Positions 24,701 through 37,052 are shown, counted from the first letter of the whole stretch. The stretch: DNA of 63,611 bases, filler included, from Craspedostauros australis (GCA_030167865.1; 11 parts of 11 records of this genome joined end to end with filler, not necessarily neighbours in it), one strand, 5' to 3'. Numbers and translations are program-made. The notes: generated by a model from the letters alone, not told the origin.

Positions 24701-26990
24701 TTCGCACATGCGTGCCAGGTACATTGCCGAGAGCTCGTCAAGGTACTGGAGGCCAGTCTCGGACCTGGCACCGATGATCTCGCTTTGCGCATCGGCATCC
24801 ACAGCGGGCCAGTGACCGCGGGAGTCCTCCGTGGCGCGGGGTCAAGATTCCAACTCTTCGGCGACACCATGAATACAGCCGCTAGATTGGAGAGCACGGG
24901 ACTTCGCAATCGTATCCACATCTCTCGTGACACGGCCGAGCTGATTCGACAGGCTGGAAAGGACCGGTGGCTGCAACATCGCGAGGGCACTGTCGAAGCG
25001 AAAGGCAAGGGCATCATGAAGACGCTCTGGCTAGACCTTGGCTTCAAACGCCCAAGTCTCGACGCGAATGCCAAGTCAGGGGCTGCCAGTCATTGCACCA
25101 ACAGAGCTCCATCCGTGGGCGGAGCGAACAATGCAAAACATGGGTCAGCACGATGTAGCGATGCAAGATTGTCAGACCGCATTGAGCGCCTCATCCAGTG
25201 GAACACTGATCTCCTGTTCGGCATGTTGCAAAGGGTCGTTGCCCAGCGCAAGGCTCCGCTCTTGCCCAAAACGACCGAGACTGCTCTCAAGGATTGCGCG
25301 GACGACTTGCAGATCTGCGCTCTGGACGAAGTGAAGGAGGTCCTTGAGCTCCCGGAGTTTGATCTGCGCGTTGTGGGGACGTTCAACACAGATGTGACCA
25401 TGCCGCACGGCGTGTTCGAAGAATTGAACGACTTTATCCGCAACATCGCGCGAGGTTACCAGCAGGCCAATCCGTTCCACAATTTCGAGCACGCATCGCA
25501 TGTGTGTCTGTCGGCCTCGAAGCTGCTGCGGCGCATCGTGAACTCGGATGATGTCGACTACCGCATGGATTCGGATGATGCCGAAGTGAGCAAGGTTCGC
25601 GCCATCATCTCTGATCTGCACAATCACACCTACGGGATCAGCTCCGACGCGCTGACGCATTTCTCTGTCGTCTTTTGCGCATTGATCCATGATGTGGGAC
25701 ACACGGGAGTGCCGAACAATCAGCTCGCAAAGGGTAAGTGGGATGTGGCTGTTTGTCGCAAGTGTGTGTGGTGTATGTAGGCGTGCTCTACTGTTATCTT
25801 CCGAGTATGAATGCAGGCTTTGCGCTGTACTGCAATATGCTGTGTTGTGCGCTGTATGTACTGTGTGGAACCAAACGCAACCACACGGTGCGGTTCCTCA
25901 TTCCACCCTGCTCGATCCAGTTCCATCGCTCAACCCTTGCTTTTGGTTCCTTCTCCTCTCATTCCAATTTTCACTCCTCGCGAATCTGCGTGCTCGTCAT
26001 CGGTACTGCGACTACATCAACGACAGAACAACCTGACGTTGCGGTCAAATACCGCGGCCAGTCCCTCGCAGAGCAGCAAAGCATCGACATCGCCTGGAAG
26101 CTGCTGATGACGCCATCGTACAAGAAGCTGCGAACTTGCATCTTTTCCACGGACGCTGAGAAGTTCAGATTCCGGGATCACGTCGTCAATAACATCCTGG
26201 CGACCGACATCTTCGATCCGCGAATGTCCACGCTGCGAAAGACAAGATGGAGCAAGGCGTTTCACGAGGACGCGCGGAGCTTGGAGTCCTGTAGTCTCGA
26301 CGGTGCCGAGGACATGAACCGCAAAGCGACGGTGGTCATTGAACACATCATCCAAGCCAGCGATGTGGCCCACACCATGCAGCGTAAGTTGAAACCTGCC
26401 GATCGGATCGGAGTGGATGGTCCCCTATGGTTCTTGATGTTGATGGTGCTGATGCTGTGTTGGTGTTCCGCCATTCTCAATACTGTTGCTTGTCAGCGCC
26501 GGTCTGCTCTGCCACATTTACTGGTGCAAGAGAAGCCGCAAACGACGCCTCGCTCACTGGCTTGCTATACGTATTGCTTGCATACCTTCCCACTCCTATT
26601 GCTGGTTGTCTTCATCGATCATTTGACTGACTGACTTGATTTGGGATGTTCACGTCCATCCCGATCACGGAACAATCCTTAACGCTCCTCTACTCCTCTA
26701 CTCATGCAGACTGGCACGTGTACCGGAGATGGAATCAGCAACTGTTTCGAGAAATGCACCAAGCCTACGCGATGGGACGTTCTGAGACGAATCCATCCAC
26801 GAAGTGGTACCAAGGCGAGCTGTGGTTCTTCGACAATTACGTCATCCCGCTGGCGCACAAGCTGAAGGAATGCGGAGTTTTTGGCGTATCGAGCGATGAA
26901 TATCTGGCGTATGCGTTGGCCAACCGCGAGGAGTGGGCCGAAAAAGGCCAGTCCATCGTCGATGAGATGCTGAAGGAAATAGGGGATTGA
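21750..26990 (+). CDS. Membrane cyclase / phosphodiesterase fusion, gene B, with degenerate metal-binding motif (exons 21750-24348, 24666-25733, 26027-26383, 26710-26990)
   Basis: Same architecture as gene A; cyclase TILFAHISGFTPW, FKVETVADCY, RFQLFGDTMNTAARLES; PDE NPFHNFEHASHV, LIHDVGHTGVPN, ILATDI, IIQASDVAH. Three GTAAG...CAG introns preserve frame. Confidence 0.93.
24512..24591 (+). repeat. Tandem 40-bp duplication in intron 1 of gene B, next to a (CT)n tract
   Basis: CGCTGTAACTGCCA(C/A)CACTGAAACCACTGCGGGATATGTA twice, one mismatch. Confidence 0.92.
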
Positions 26991-27277
26991 GCGCGGGCTT
27001 GAGCTTGAGCACGAGGGAGTGGGAGTTCGAAGAGGCAAGGGATGGTAGTGATAGAGTAGGGTAGAGTGAAGGGAAGTGCCATCTTCGACTCGGGAATACA
27101 ATAGTACCCATCACAGAGGAGTTGCGAAAGAAGTACAATCACATGCCATAACGTCCTCTCCAAGTTCCAACCAAACTGTATCGAAGATTTGCGTCGTCCT
27201 CACACGAGGATGAAGATGCTTGCCTGTCAGTCAGTCGAAGCTTTCGCGATTCTTCTTTCCTCCTTCGTTTTTTCATT

Positions 27278-28441
27278 TCATCCACCACGCTCCCGAATCT
27301 GGATTCCGCAATTGTCGTCCCAGGTTTGGAAGGATTGCAGCTTCGTGAGCCATGCACTGTGCCGCGTTTTGGAATCCAGGATGGGCATGGACACCCAGTT
27401 GTCGGCGGGGCAACGGCCAGGATTGACAACCCCCCGGTACGCGAAGTCACGAGACCAGATCTTGACGGTGTGGCCCGTGAGAGATGAACGCCCGCGTAGC
27501 TCATCCGTCAAGAGACCGACAAATCGCGCATCGTCTCCGGCCTCCTGATTCGATACCCGCGACGCTGATGACGCGTGTGGGTCCCAACTCCACACCATCT
27601 CCAGCTTCTGATCGAGGAGGCGGTTCAGTTCGCGTTGATCATCGCACATGTCGCCACATGTCTCTTGCAAAATCGTGGCGAAACGGATACTGCTCTCGCT
27701 GGCACGCCACCACGACATGCCGCTGCAAACGACGAGGCCCATGCTCGCGTACGCCTTGCGCGGGTACTTGGTGGCATAGGCCATGAGGACGTCGACTTGG
27801 GTCTCGTTCTCGAACTGTGCTGGTGACACGTATCGTGTGAAGATGTTGTCCGCGTCCGTGAGCAAGATGTGGGTACCATGCCGCAGCTGCTGCAGCAGGT
27901 ACTTCCAGCGCACCGCCATGAGAAGCTGCAGGACGGCGCGGTCCTTCTGCCTCTGGTTTGCCGTCTGCAGCGATGGTGGCAGTTCTGCCCGCAGCAACAC
28001 CTCAAACCTGAAATGGCCATACTTGGCCGTGAGGAAGTCCACCATCTCAGCGTCCGTCGCGACAATGACGTGCGAAGTGTAACCCAAGCGCGTCATGCGT
28101 TCGTACCACGCAATGGCCACGGATCGGAAGTTGTAGTTGGAGAATGCGACGATTTTCGTGTTGCCGCTGCCGTTGCTGCTGACTGCATTGCCTGGACCTT
28201 TCGACAGAGATGGCCGTTGGAGATCAAGTCCATCGTCAGTTCGGTGCGATGCCGTTGCGCTGCTCGAACTCCCATGTTGCTGCTGTTGAGCTGCGCGGCT
28301 CAAGACGGTGCCACAAAGAACGGCATAGCACACCACTCCGCAGAAAAGGAGATTTACGACGAAGCTCAATCGGACCACGAACTGCTTGGGCTTGTCGCTC
28401 CTTCGTTCCTGGTTGGGTCTCATCCATGGACCATGGACCAT
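27278..28441 (-). CDS. Nucleotide-diphospho-sugar transferase (PF03407/GT77-like), type II membrane glycosyltransferase
   Basis: N-terminal TM anchor; RWKYLLQQLRHGTHILLTDADNIF (DxD), VCSGMSWWRAS, CDDQRELN. First in-frame ATG taken as the start. Confidence 0.82.
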   Translation of the reverse strand: MVHGPWMRPNQERRSDKPKQFVVRLSFVVNLLFCGVVCYAVLCGTVLSRAAQQQQHGSSSSATASHRTDDGLDLQRPSLSKGPGNAVSSNGSGNTKIVAFSNYNFRSVAIAWYERMTRLGYTSHVIVATDAEMVDFLTAKYGHFRFEVLLRAELPPSLQTANQRQKDRAVLQLLMAVRWKYLLQQLRHGTHILLTDADNIFTRYVSPAQFENETQVDVLMAYATKYPRKAYASMGLVVCSGMSWWRASESSIRFATILQETCGDMCDDQRELNRLLDQKLEMVWSWDPHASSASRVSNQEAGDDARFVGLLTDELRGRSSLTGHTVKIWSRDFAYRGVVNPGRCPADNWVSMPILDSKTRHSAWLTKLQSFQTWDDNCGIQIRERGG

Positions 28442-29438
28442 GCTTGGATGGGGAGTGTCTTGCTCTCTGGTGTGAATACTGGAATGGGAGTGGTGCCGTT
28501 TGTACCACTCGCACAGTCGTATGACATGGTGGAGCACATGTGTGATCTGGTGTGACAGTCGCACAGCTTCGAGTGCCGATGGATGGAGCGCCCATGCGAA
28601 CATGATCGAATGCCAAACATTGCATTGACGTTGTCACAAGGTGATAACTTCCCAGTTTGTCCTTCAAACACGGTGGTGGCAGAGTCGTGCGGGTCTGTTG
28701 TTCCGCCAAGACCTCTCGCGTTGTCCAAGATCAGTCTCTTCGACTCCGTGGAACACTCGTGACAGCAATTCTATTTGTTATTTTCTCGACACAATTGAGA
28801 AACGAACTGATCCCGTTTGTCCCAAAACGGAAATGCCCTTCCGAAGTGGCTGACGTGTAGCGCAATTTGTCGCGCGTGCAAATTCGTCGAAACGCTTTTT
28901 CACCTTGATGCGGATTTTCCCTTCTTTTCAAGACACCATTCGCTCAAATGCAAGCGCGACCAATGATGAAAATCATCAACAAGAAAAGGAGGAAGACAAG
29001 GGAACCACACAAGACGAAGGCGAAGGAGAAGAAGGACAGCAACAATCCACGGCGACCGCAACCGCGTCGACAACAATAAAAGCATCAACAACATCAGCAA
29101 CGGCAGCGACTGCAACGACAACAATGCCCCTCTCTCTATCTCTCTGTCTGTCTCGAGTGCTGCATTGGCCTCTCTCAGATACAATGGTTGATGTTGGCGG
29201 ACTCAAACGCGCACTATTCCGCAATGCAATAAATTCGGGACAGACCAATACGGCGTCCGTGTGCGAGTATTGGGCCTGATCTTATACTGCATGCCCAAGG
29301 TCAATGCTCAACTTGATGCTCAATGCTCATAATAATCACAAGCAAGAACAACAATACCAAAACAAACAACACCAAGGTGACCGACGCAACCGTTCCAAAA
29401 GATAAGATACACGAAAACAAACGACAACAGCAGCAACC

Positions 29439-30671
29439 ATGACAGTCAACGAAGTTTCGAAATGCATCCACGATGACGAAAGCGCTCTCGACAAGGACGC
29501 GGCCATGACAATCGACTCCTCCATCGGCGACGACCTCGATTTGGGCGTCATGTTGTCAACGCCGGAGGAAGTTGCAGGCGCAGAGGCCATCACGAAGGCA
29601 TTGACACAGGATGAGATCACCCAGCTTTCGGACGACAACATGCCAATGCGATACTACCGTGCTCATGAGGTACGTTCAGTCTGTGCGCCGCAGCCTGATG
29701 ACGGGTACGTCCGTGTCCCTGTCACGAAGACGGGATGGATTCTACTTTGCTTGTTCCTCGCGATTCGTCTTTTTTCTTGTCCGTCATCTTGTTGCTCGTG
29801 CTTGCTTGCTTGTTGAGGAGTGAACCGCATCGCGGCTCCGACATCCTCATCTGTCCATCCATCGATCCATCCATCTGTCCAACCGACGCAATCTGTCATT
29901 CACTCATACCATGCTATGTTCTTTTGTTTGGTTTGCTACTCATACAATACAATACTGGTACAGGGCGATATTGAGAAGGCAGTCGATGGACTTCGAGCCA
30001 CATTGAAATGGCGCATCGAGTTCGGGGTGGACGCCATTGCTCGGTGCTTCGACGAGGGCGGCGACAAAGAGATCGCGGCGATCGTTCGCAAGGAAAGCGA
30101 GACGTGCAAGATGTACGCCCGAGGATACGACAAGGATGGACGCGCCATCGTGTACATGCGCGGCGCAAGCGAGAATAGCCGAGACGAAACGGGTAACCTC
30201 ATCAACATCGTGCACCACTTGGAGAAGGGCATTGCCTGCAGCCGCAAGAACGGAATGGACATGATGAGCTTCATCATCGACTACGAGGGCTTCCGACTCC
30301 GTGATGCGCCGTCAATGTCCGTCACTCGCAAGATCCTGGACATTCTGCAGAGCCTCTATCCCGAACGCATGCACCGCGCCTACATTTGCAACCCTCCCTT
30401 CGTCTTCCGCACGTTCTGGGCGCTCGTCAAGCCATTCATCGATCCCGCCACGAAACGCAAGATCATGTTTTGCACGTCGAGTTCCAGCAAGGAGAAGTTC
30501 ATGAATAACATGGGGCCTGCCAACATCCACAAGCTCGAAGCCTGCGCAGGCGGCACAGGCAACGTTCGTGAATGCGACTGCGACGAGTATCTCAGCCTTC
30601 CATTCGATGTCACCTTTGACGAGTACATTTTTTCGCAACATGCGCACAACGGTGTTGGTGCGTGCCAGTAG
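29439..30671 (+). CDS. CRAL-TRIO (Sec14-like) lipid-binding protein (exons 29439-29669, 29964-30671)
   Basis: Join RYYRAHE|GDIEKAVDGLRATLKWRIEFG; GYDKDGRAIVYM; ILQSLYPERMHRAYICNPPFVFRTFWALVKPFIDPATKRKI. Confidence 0.92.
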
Positions 30672-32924
30672 GTGTGGAGACGGCAGTGATCTCTCCCTGG
30701 AACAACCGTGGTTCCACCACACCAATCCAATGCATATATTATGTAATGTATAGTAAAGTACTGTAATGGAAAGAGAAGATGGAGTAATAAGGAGTTTGGA
30801 ATGGCTTGGCGTAGCATCGGGCCGATATCTCTAGTCATCCTGTCATAGATAAGTCTGTCCCGGTACGCTTTATTGCCTTCACAACTTGTCGTGTGGATGA
30901 GGTGTTAATCCAATCTAGACTAATGTAGAGCACGCCCGAAACCATCCAAACAACTGCTCATGATGCTATATCTCAACACCTCATTGTTTTCAAATCAAGA
31001 TACTAGCATATGTAGACACCTGGCTATCATTGATTCTGAACATCGAAGTTGAATTTATCTGAAGTTTGGTTTGTATGTCGTTTTGGCTTGCTGTCTGTGG
31101 CATTGTGGGTTCAAAAATCTGGATGGCACCGTGCTGCCCTCCCTTCAGCATCTAGTATATGTTCATCAAATCTCATCCTGACAATTCTGCAAGCTGTGCA
31201 CCACATTGGATCCGCATACCTCCCTGTATCCACTCCATAAAGTTTCTCCACGGATATCCACATGACATACCCCAAAGCCCCCTTGCACTGAAACGCAGCA
31301 ATTTCAATACCCGTTTTCGGTCTGCATGCTGTTCATATTTGGATCCGTATCTCGTCCATACAACCTTTGCATCCCCTCCACGCGACCCTCTTGCGTTGCG
31401 ACAGTCCCTGGCAACACTCTGATGCATCCAGAATGGGTTGGGCATGCATGCCCCCGATGGTACACCTCAGTGTGATGATGCTATCGTCTTGTTTTGCGCC
31501 CACCTTTGTGCCTTTGTTGTTGGAATCGTGTGGTGACGTCACACCGAGAAATACAACCTTTGTAAATTATGTTTATGGGATCAAATTAGTGCGAATTGAT
31601 GTTTCGTATTTTATGTTTAGCTATACATGTCACAACAACCCAGACAAGTACGACCTCCACACCAACAACTGAGAACAAGAATCCAAGAAGCAGAAGATCG
31701 CGGAAGAGAGAGACATCACCAACAACAACCAAGAAACGCGCCCACCACAACACAGCACACAACGCGCACCATGGTCTCCGATCACCACGATACTCGCACA
31801 AGCGCACTTCCCTCTACTCGTACGACTGTTGGTACAAACACCTCCGAGATGATGAGCGCGGTCTTCGCTGCTTCAATTCCGCCGCCTAAACAAGGCAGAC
31901 ACACGCGTTGCGCGGACAAGTGCAGATGATGGACGAAAGAGCTGAGGTCGGACCACGCATCATGTGGAAGATGCGCGCGATCTGGCGGCGTCGACTTCGG
32001 TTCCGCGTATCTTGCGACAGATGATGCCAATCCCCAAGTCGTCAAGCTGGAGCACTGAGCAAGACTCTCACTCTGCGGCGAATTCGTCCTGACGTGCGGA
32101 AAGCAACGGCTTGGCAGCGAAGCATCACATGGCACCAATGCGCTGCGCACGAGACGCATGGCTTTGGACGCTAGAGTAGTGGCCAACCCAGCCAAGTGGT
32201 TGGGCCGCATCAAGCCTCGCGTACTCCGCCGGCGGCGAGCGATCGCATGAAGCATGACCAAAGCGCAATTGGCGAGGCGCATGGTTCAAGCTTCGTTGCT
32301 TGGCTCATCTGCTGCCCCAATGGCTGGCCCGAACAACAGAGCAAACGCTCACGTTTCACAAGACATCAATGGCAATGATGACGAATATGAATGTGAATCC
32401 AGCAGAAGCTCCACGGCGCTGGCTCCACGGCGCTCGTATTCCATGCTCCTCGCCCACCTACATTCACACTCACATTCGCATTCACAACCATCTCGTCTCC
32501 CCGTCACATCAAAACGCTGCGCAACTGAGCTAAACAATGATCGAGTGGTTGTTTGATGTTGTGGTAGTTCCGCTTGCGGCACTATCTTCGACATGTACAA
32601 ACCAACTTTCGTCTTTCCACTCATCCTGAACGTTGGTGTTGAACTGACGAATGACTCGGTAGGTGCGATGCGGCATTGGATTGATCACTCGTCATCTCCT
32701 TGCACTGTGAATGCACCGCTACTACTCGTACAGGTCTCACTCCATTCGAGTCTGAAGGCTCTCTTGATAAAGTAATATAGAGAATATCTAATTGATATCT
32801 ACTTGCTCAGACTGGCATCTGCGGTACTCCACTGAATGTTGCGTGTGCTCCTCAAGCGCCGTTGCTGGAGTGGACTACTTCACTCCTCTTCTTCAGCAGC
32901 GCCATCCACCTCAGTCACTTCAGA

Positions 32925-34655
32925 TCAATTGGTTCTAATCGAGCGGACAACGCCCATCAATGTCGCTCGATCCGTGTATGAATCCAGTTGTGCTGTAGCC
33001 TCATCCTCATCAATAACCTTGTACAACTCCATCATGGACATACGGCTGTACTCATCATCAATGTCATCGCTCTCCATTCTCCCACTGCAAAACGCCTGGG
33101 TCTCCGTCATCAGTTGAATATGTGGAAATAGTTTCTTGAAATGTGGATGAGTGAACAGTGTATTCTCATGTTCAGCTGCCATCCTCAGCGCGGTATCCTT
33201 CAACACCACACAGTTGTGTTGATCAGTGAATATCAACACATCTATCATGGTTTCCTCTGTAAGATGCCTGCGGGCCAACTCCGCTTCAAGAACAAGCTTG
33301 AGTCGCCAGAAGCCGAACTCGTTGGCCACAAGGATCAGCTGTTGCAGATCGTGCCATCCAGTGAGGGTGGGAATTGGTTGGTTTGCGTCACCGGTATTGG
33401 CGTTGTCTTCATGAGTGCTGTTATCGAAGGATATCTCACCTGTGTAAATGCATTGGAGGACGTATCGGACCCGTTTTGGTTGAAGGTTGGGAAGAGTGAT
33501 GGTTACTTGCAAGGGGGCCGCGCCGTCTTGGGTGCCATCATTCGCGTGCTGATGTTGGATTCCTTTGTTGATCAATGTCTGAATGGATGGAACAGTGACA
33601 ATGAGGACTCCGGAGTTTGCCTTGATTGGTTCTTGTTGGTCGTCGCCCTGTCCACACAAGAAGATGGTGTCTGCCCTGTCCTCGGTTTGGAAGGATCTGA
33701 GGCGGTCTTCTCCAATGCTGATGGTGGTCCTCTTGTGGCTACAGTGCTTGTGTTCGTGCTCTTGCTCCTTCTGTGTCTTCTCTGGTTCCTTCCGCTTCAA
33801 CTGTTGTCCCAACTGTTGTTTCAGTTGTTCGTTCTCTTGCTCCTTCTGTTTCTTCTCTTCCTGCTCCCGTTCCAACTGCTTTTTCAGTTGTTCGTTCTCC
33901 TGCTTGTTCTCTTTCAACTGCTGCCACAGTTGTGAGTTGCAGTGACTCAGATGATCGAGACGGTTTATCATGATTCGAAGTTTTGCATCGATCATGTCGA
34001 GGGGCGTTCTGTTGTACTTGTCTTGGATGTCGATATCGGCATTGGCTGATTCGATGAGGTACACGATACACTCCACGCGGTTGGCCATGCATGCTTGATG
34101 AAGGGGAGTGTAACCATTGTAGCCTTTGCAGTTGATGTCAACCCCACATGATTCAATGAGGTACGCCGTGCACTCCAGGTGACCGCTGGAGCATGCATGA
34201 TGAAGGGGAGTCTGATCATATTCGCCTTTGCAGTTGATGTCAGCCCCACATGATTCAATGAGGTACTTCATACACTCCAGGTGGCCGTCTTGGCATGCCT
34301 TATGAAGGGGAGTGAAACCTTCGCAGTCTTTGCAGTTGATGTTGGCCCCACATGATTCAATGAGGTACTTCACACAATCCAGGCGACCGTTGTGGCATGC
34401 ACAATGGAGGGGAGTGGAACCATCATTGGTTTTGCAGTTGATGTTTGCCTCGCATGATTCGATGAGGTACTTCACACACTCCGGGTGGCCGCCGCCGCAT
34501 GCCCAATGAAGGGGAGTCCAACCACTCCATTGTGTAACCTTGTTGATGTCAACTCCTTCATTCTGCGTCATTGTCTGCTTCTTCCATTCCTTCAACACCG
34601 ACAAGTTACCTTCCCAGGCTGCATCAAGGAGTTGTTCGTTCGTAACATTCGGCAT
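32925..34655 (-). CDS. Ankyrin-repeat, coiled-coil, BTB/POZ-like protein
   Basis: Five 34-aa ankyrin repeats (TPLHxACxxGxxECxxYLIESCGAxINCK), Q/E/K coiled coil, ADTIFLCG...VLQCIYTGEI...LILVANEFGFWRLKLVLEAEL (BTB/BACK-like). Confidence 0.88.
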   Translation of the reverse strand: MPNVTNEQLLDAAWEGNLSVLKEWKKQTMTQNEGVDINKVTQWSGWTPLHWACGGGHPECVKYLIESCEANINCKTNDGSTPLHCACHNGRLDCVKYLIESCGANINCKDCEGFTPLHKACQDGHLECMKYLIESCGADINCKGEYDQTPLHHACSSGHLECTAYLIESCGVDINCKGYNGYTPLHQACMANRVECIVYLIESANADIDIQDKYNRTPLDMIDAKLRIMINRLDHLSHCNSQLWQQLKENKQENEQLKKQLEREQEEKKQKEQENEQLKQQLGQQLKRKEPEKTQKEQEHEHKHCSHKRTTISIGEDRLRSFQTEDRADTIFLCGQGDDQQEPIKANSGVLIVTVPSIQTLINKGIQHQHANDGTQDGAAPLQVTITLPNLQPKRVRYVLQCIYTGEISFDNSTHEDNANTGDANQPIPTLTGWHDLQQLILVANEFGFWRLKLVLEAELARRHLTEETMIDVLIFTDQHNCVVLKDTALRMAAEHENTLFTHPHFKKLFPHIQLMTETQAFCSGRMESDDIDDEYSRMSMMELYKVIDEDEATAQLDSYTDRATLMGVVRSIRTN

Positions 34656-35120
34656 TTTGAGAGGATGGTGGATGGTTTCTGGACGATTGACGTTGGACGA
34701 TTGGCGTTGGATTGGCTGTCGAGGAAGTGTGTAGTTGGAGCTATCTATGGCCGAGATATCGATGATGTGTCTGCACTAGTTTGTATTTTTATGAATACGA
34801 TGCACTGCGTGATGAATATGAGTGGCAATTCGATGCCTGTTGTTGATGTGCTCGAGTATGGGGTTGGGTGGTGTGTGTGTTGATGCCTTGTTGTCTCGTG
34901 CGTGTGATCTTCTCCTCTTTCTCTCTTTGTGCACCAGTATCTTTGTGTTCGCCTTTGTTTGCCGGAAATCCCGAGTGGGCTTCGGGCGCCTGGCCGACGA
35001 CGGGAACTTATTCCAACACCAGCAGGACGTACAACCACCTGCACGGAGCGCAGCTACACCTGTATCAGCAACCGCATTGCGCTTGGACTGGTACTATCAT
35101 ACGATACGACATGAGCAACC

Positions 35121-37052
35121 ATGGGTTGGTTCGATGATAGTGACAGTGATGACGATACCAAAGTGAAGCAGAAGAGATTATCGCTGTTGCAAGTTGTCGA
35201 AGAGAGAGGCAAAAACGATGCCAATGCTGTCGAGGGCAATTCCCACCAGAACGATGGCGACGAGAATGACGACGGCAACGACAATGGCAATGGCGATGGC
35301 GATGACGACGATGAGGTTGATCCGTTGGATGCATTCATGACGAACCTTGGCAAGACAGCGCAAGATGAAAGCAACAGCAAACCAAGGCCGAAGCGAGAAC
35401 GCATGGACATGGACAACGAGGATGAAGCCACGAGCCATTGGAAGGAATCCACGGCGTCTGCCGCCGACAAAAACTCCAGCAGCTTGGAGCAGGAGCAGGC
35501 GCGCGAGGAGATGGATTCCATGTTCCACAAGGCCGGATCAACCAGCACTAACGTGGACATCAAGCTGGAAGCGGTCAACCATCGTCATGTCCGGTACGAT
35601 GACTTTGAAAAGCGGCTGTGGCAACGCAACACGTCACCGCAGGGGCATGCATGGCGCAAGCAAAACCAGATCACCTGCCACCCTCCCATCGATCCCATCT
35701 ACTCGTTGCATGAACTGAAGGGCGTGTTTTCCGAGCCTGTCATGCAGTGGTGCTTCTCGAACAACTACGTGGAACCGACGATGGTGCAGTCGCAGACATT
35801 GGGCGTCGCGTTGTGCGGAGAGGACAGCATCATCACGGCATCGACGGGTAGCGGCAAGACGCTGGGGTACCTGTGGCCGATGGTCGCCCATCTGCACCAG
35901 AACGCCAAGATCAAGGCCAGAGGAGTCGTTCTCGTGCCCACACGCGAGCTGGCGTTGCAGGTTGCGTCGGTCGCCAAAGGACTGGGCAAGACGGTGCGGC
36001 TCAACAGCATGGCGATCACGGGTGGGAATCTGGGCCGGTACCAGCTCTCGCAGGAACTGGCGCGGTTGAAGCCGACGATCGTGATTGCAACGCCGGGACG
36101 ATTGCTGGATGTTCTCAGCGTCAAGAAGAACAAGGAGGCGCTGTCCTTGCATCAGGTCACATTCGTCGTGCTTGATGAGGCCGACAAGATGCTGCAGATG
36201 GGATTCTCGAACCAGGTCACGGAGCTGCTGAAGAACATCCGACCCGATCGCCAATCTTTGATGCTGAGCGCCACCATGAGTCACAAGATCGAGGCCGTGG
36301 CCAAGAAGTGGCTCACCAACCCCGTGAGAATATCGGTGGGTCGGACAGGAACGTCATCCGCCAACGTCGACCAGCACCTCATGGTGTTGCCGGATTTCGA
36401 GGCGAAGGTACAATTCCTCATCAAGCTGCTGCCAACCTTCGTGGATGTCGGCCGCACGATCGTATTCTGCGCATCCCGCGAGGGCTGCGAAAAGCTGGCG
36501 TCGCGGCTGAGAGGATCCACGCAGCTGACGTTGGAGACGCTGCACGGCGACAAGCACTCCACGGATCGCAATGCCGCGCTGAAGGCATTCGCGCAAGGTG
36601 AGACGAAGTTGCTTGTCGCCACGGATGTTGCGGGACGCGGGCTGGACATCCCGCAGATCTCCACCGTCATCAACTTTGATCCTGCCAAGAATTGGGACAC
36701 GCACGTGCACAGAGTCGGACGTGCCGGGCGTCTGTCCAGCACGGCAGGTGCCGTTCAGAAAGGCACGGCCTACACGCTGCTGACATCTCGCGATAAGGAT
36801 TTTGCGGCGACTTTGGAAGCGGCGTTCGAAAGGGAAGGCAGGCCCGTTTCGGCCGATCTCAGCGCTCTGGCTCGTCAATCGAAAAACAGATCATCGGGAC
36901 AGCACAATCGCCAAGGTCGTTCCAAGGGGAACCGCGGTGGGCATGGATACTACGGTAGACCAGCTGATGGCGACGGTAATAACAGTGGCGGCAATGCCAG
37001 TGGGCATGGCAGCCAACCTCCACCGAAACGAAGTCGATGGGGTGGTCGTTAG
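35121..37052 (+). CDS. DDX42: DEAD-box RNA helicase, DDX42-like
   Basis: STGSGKT, PTRELA, TPGRL, DEAD, SAT, ATDVAGRGLD, HRVGRAGR; the N-terminal EVDPLDAFM and VNHRHVRYDDFEK segments resemble DDX42. Orthology not tested. Confidence 0.8.
   Translation: MGWFDDSDSDDDTKVKQKRLSLLQVVEERGKNDANAVEGNSHQNDGDENDDGNDNGNGDGDDDDEVDPLDAFMTNLGKTAQDESNSKPRPKRERMDMDNEDEATSHWKESTASAADKNSSSLEQEQAREEMDSMFHKAGSTSTNVDIKLEAVNHRHVRYDDFEKRLWQRNTSPQGHAWRKQNQITCHPPIDPIYSLHELKGVFSEPVMQWCFSNNYVEPTMVQSQTLGVALCGEDSIITASTGSGKTLGYLWPMVAHLHQNAKIKARGVVLVPTRELALQVASVAKGLGKTVRLNSMAITGGNLGRYQLSQELARLKPTIVIATPGRLLDVLSVKKNKEALSLHQVTFVVLDEADKMLQMGFSNQVTELLKNIRPDRQSLMLSATMSHKIEAVAKKWLTNPVRISVGRTGTSSANVDQHLMVLPDFEAKVQFLIKLLPTFVDVGRTIVFCASREGCEKLASRLRGSTQLTLETLHGDKHSTDRNAALKAFAQGETKLLVATDVAGRGLDIPQISTVINFDPAKNWDTHVHRVGRAGRLSSTAGAVQKGTAYTLLTSRDKDFAATLEAAFEREGRPVSADLSALARQSKNRSSGQHNRQGRSKGNRGGHGYYGRPADGDGNNSGGNASGHGSQPPPKRSRWGGR

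Noticed and set aside
31627..32556. Long frame interrupted only by three TGA codons (selenoprotein or recoding?)
   Set aside because: No recognisable domain, redox motif or SECIS; chance or a decayed ORF is more likely.
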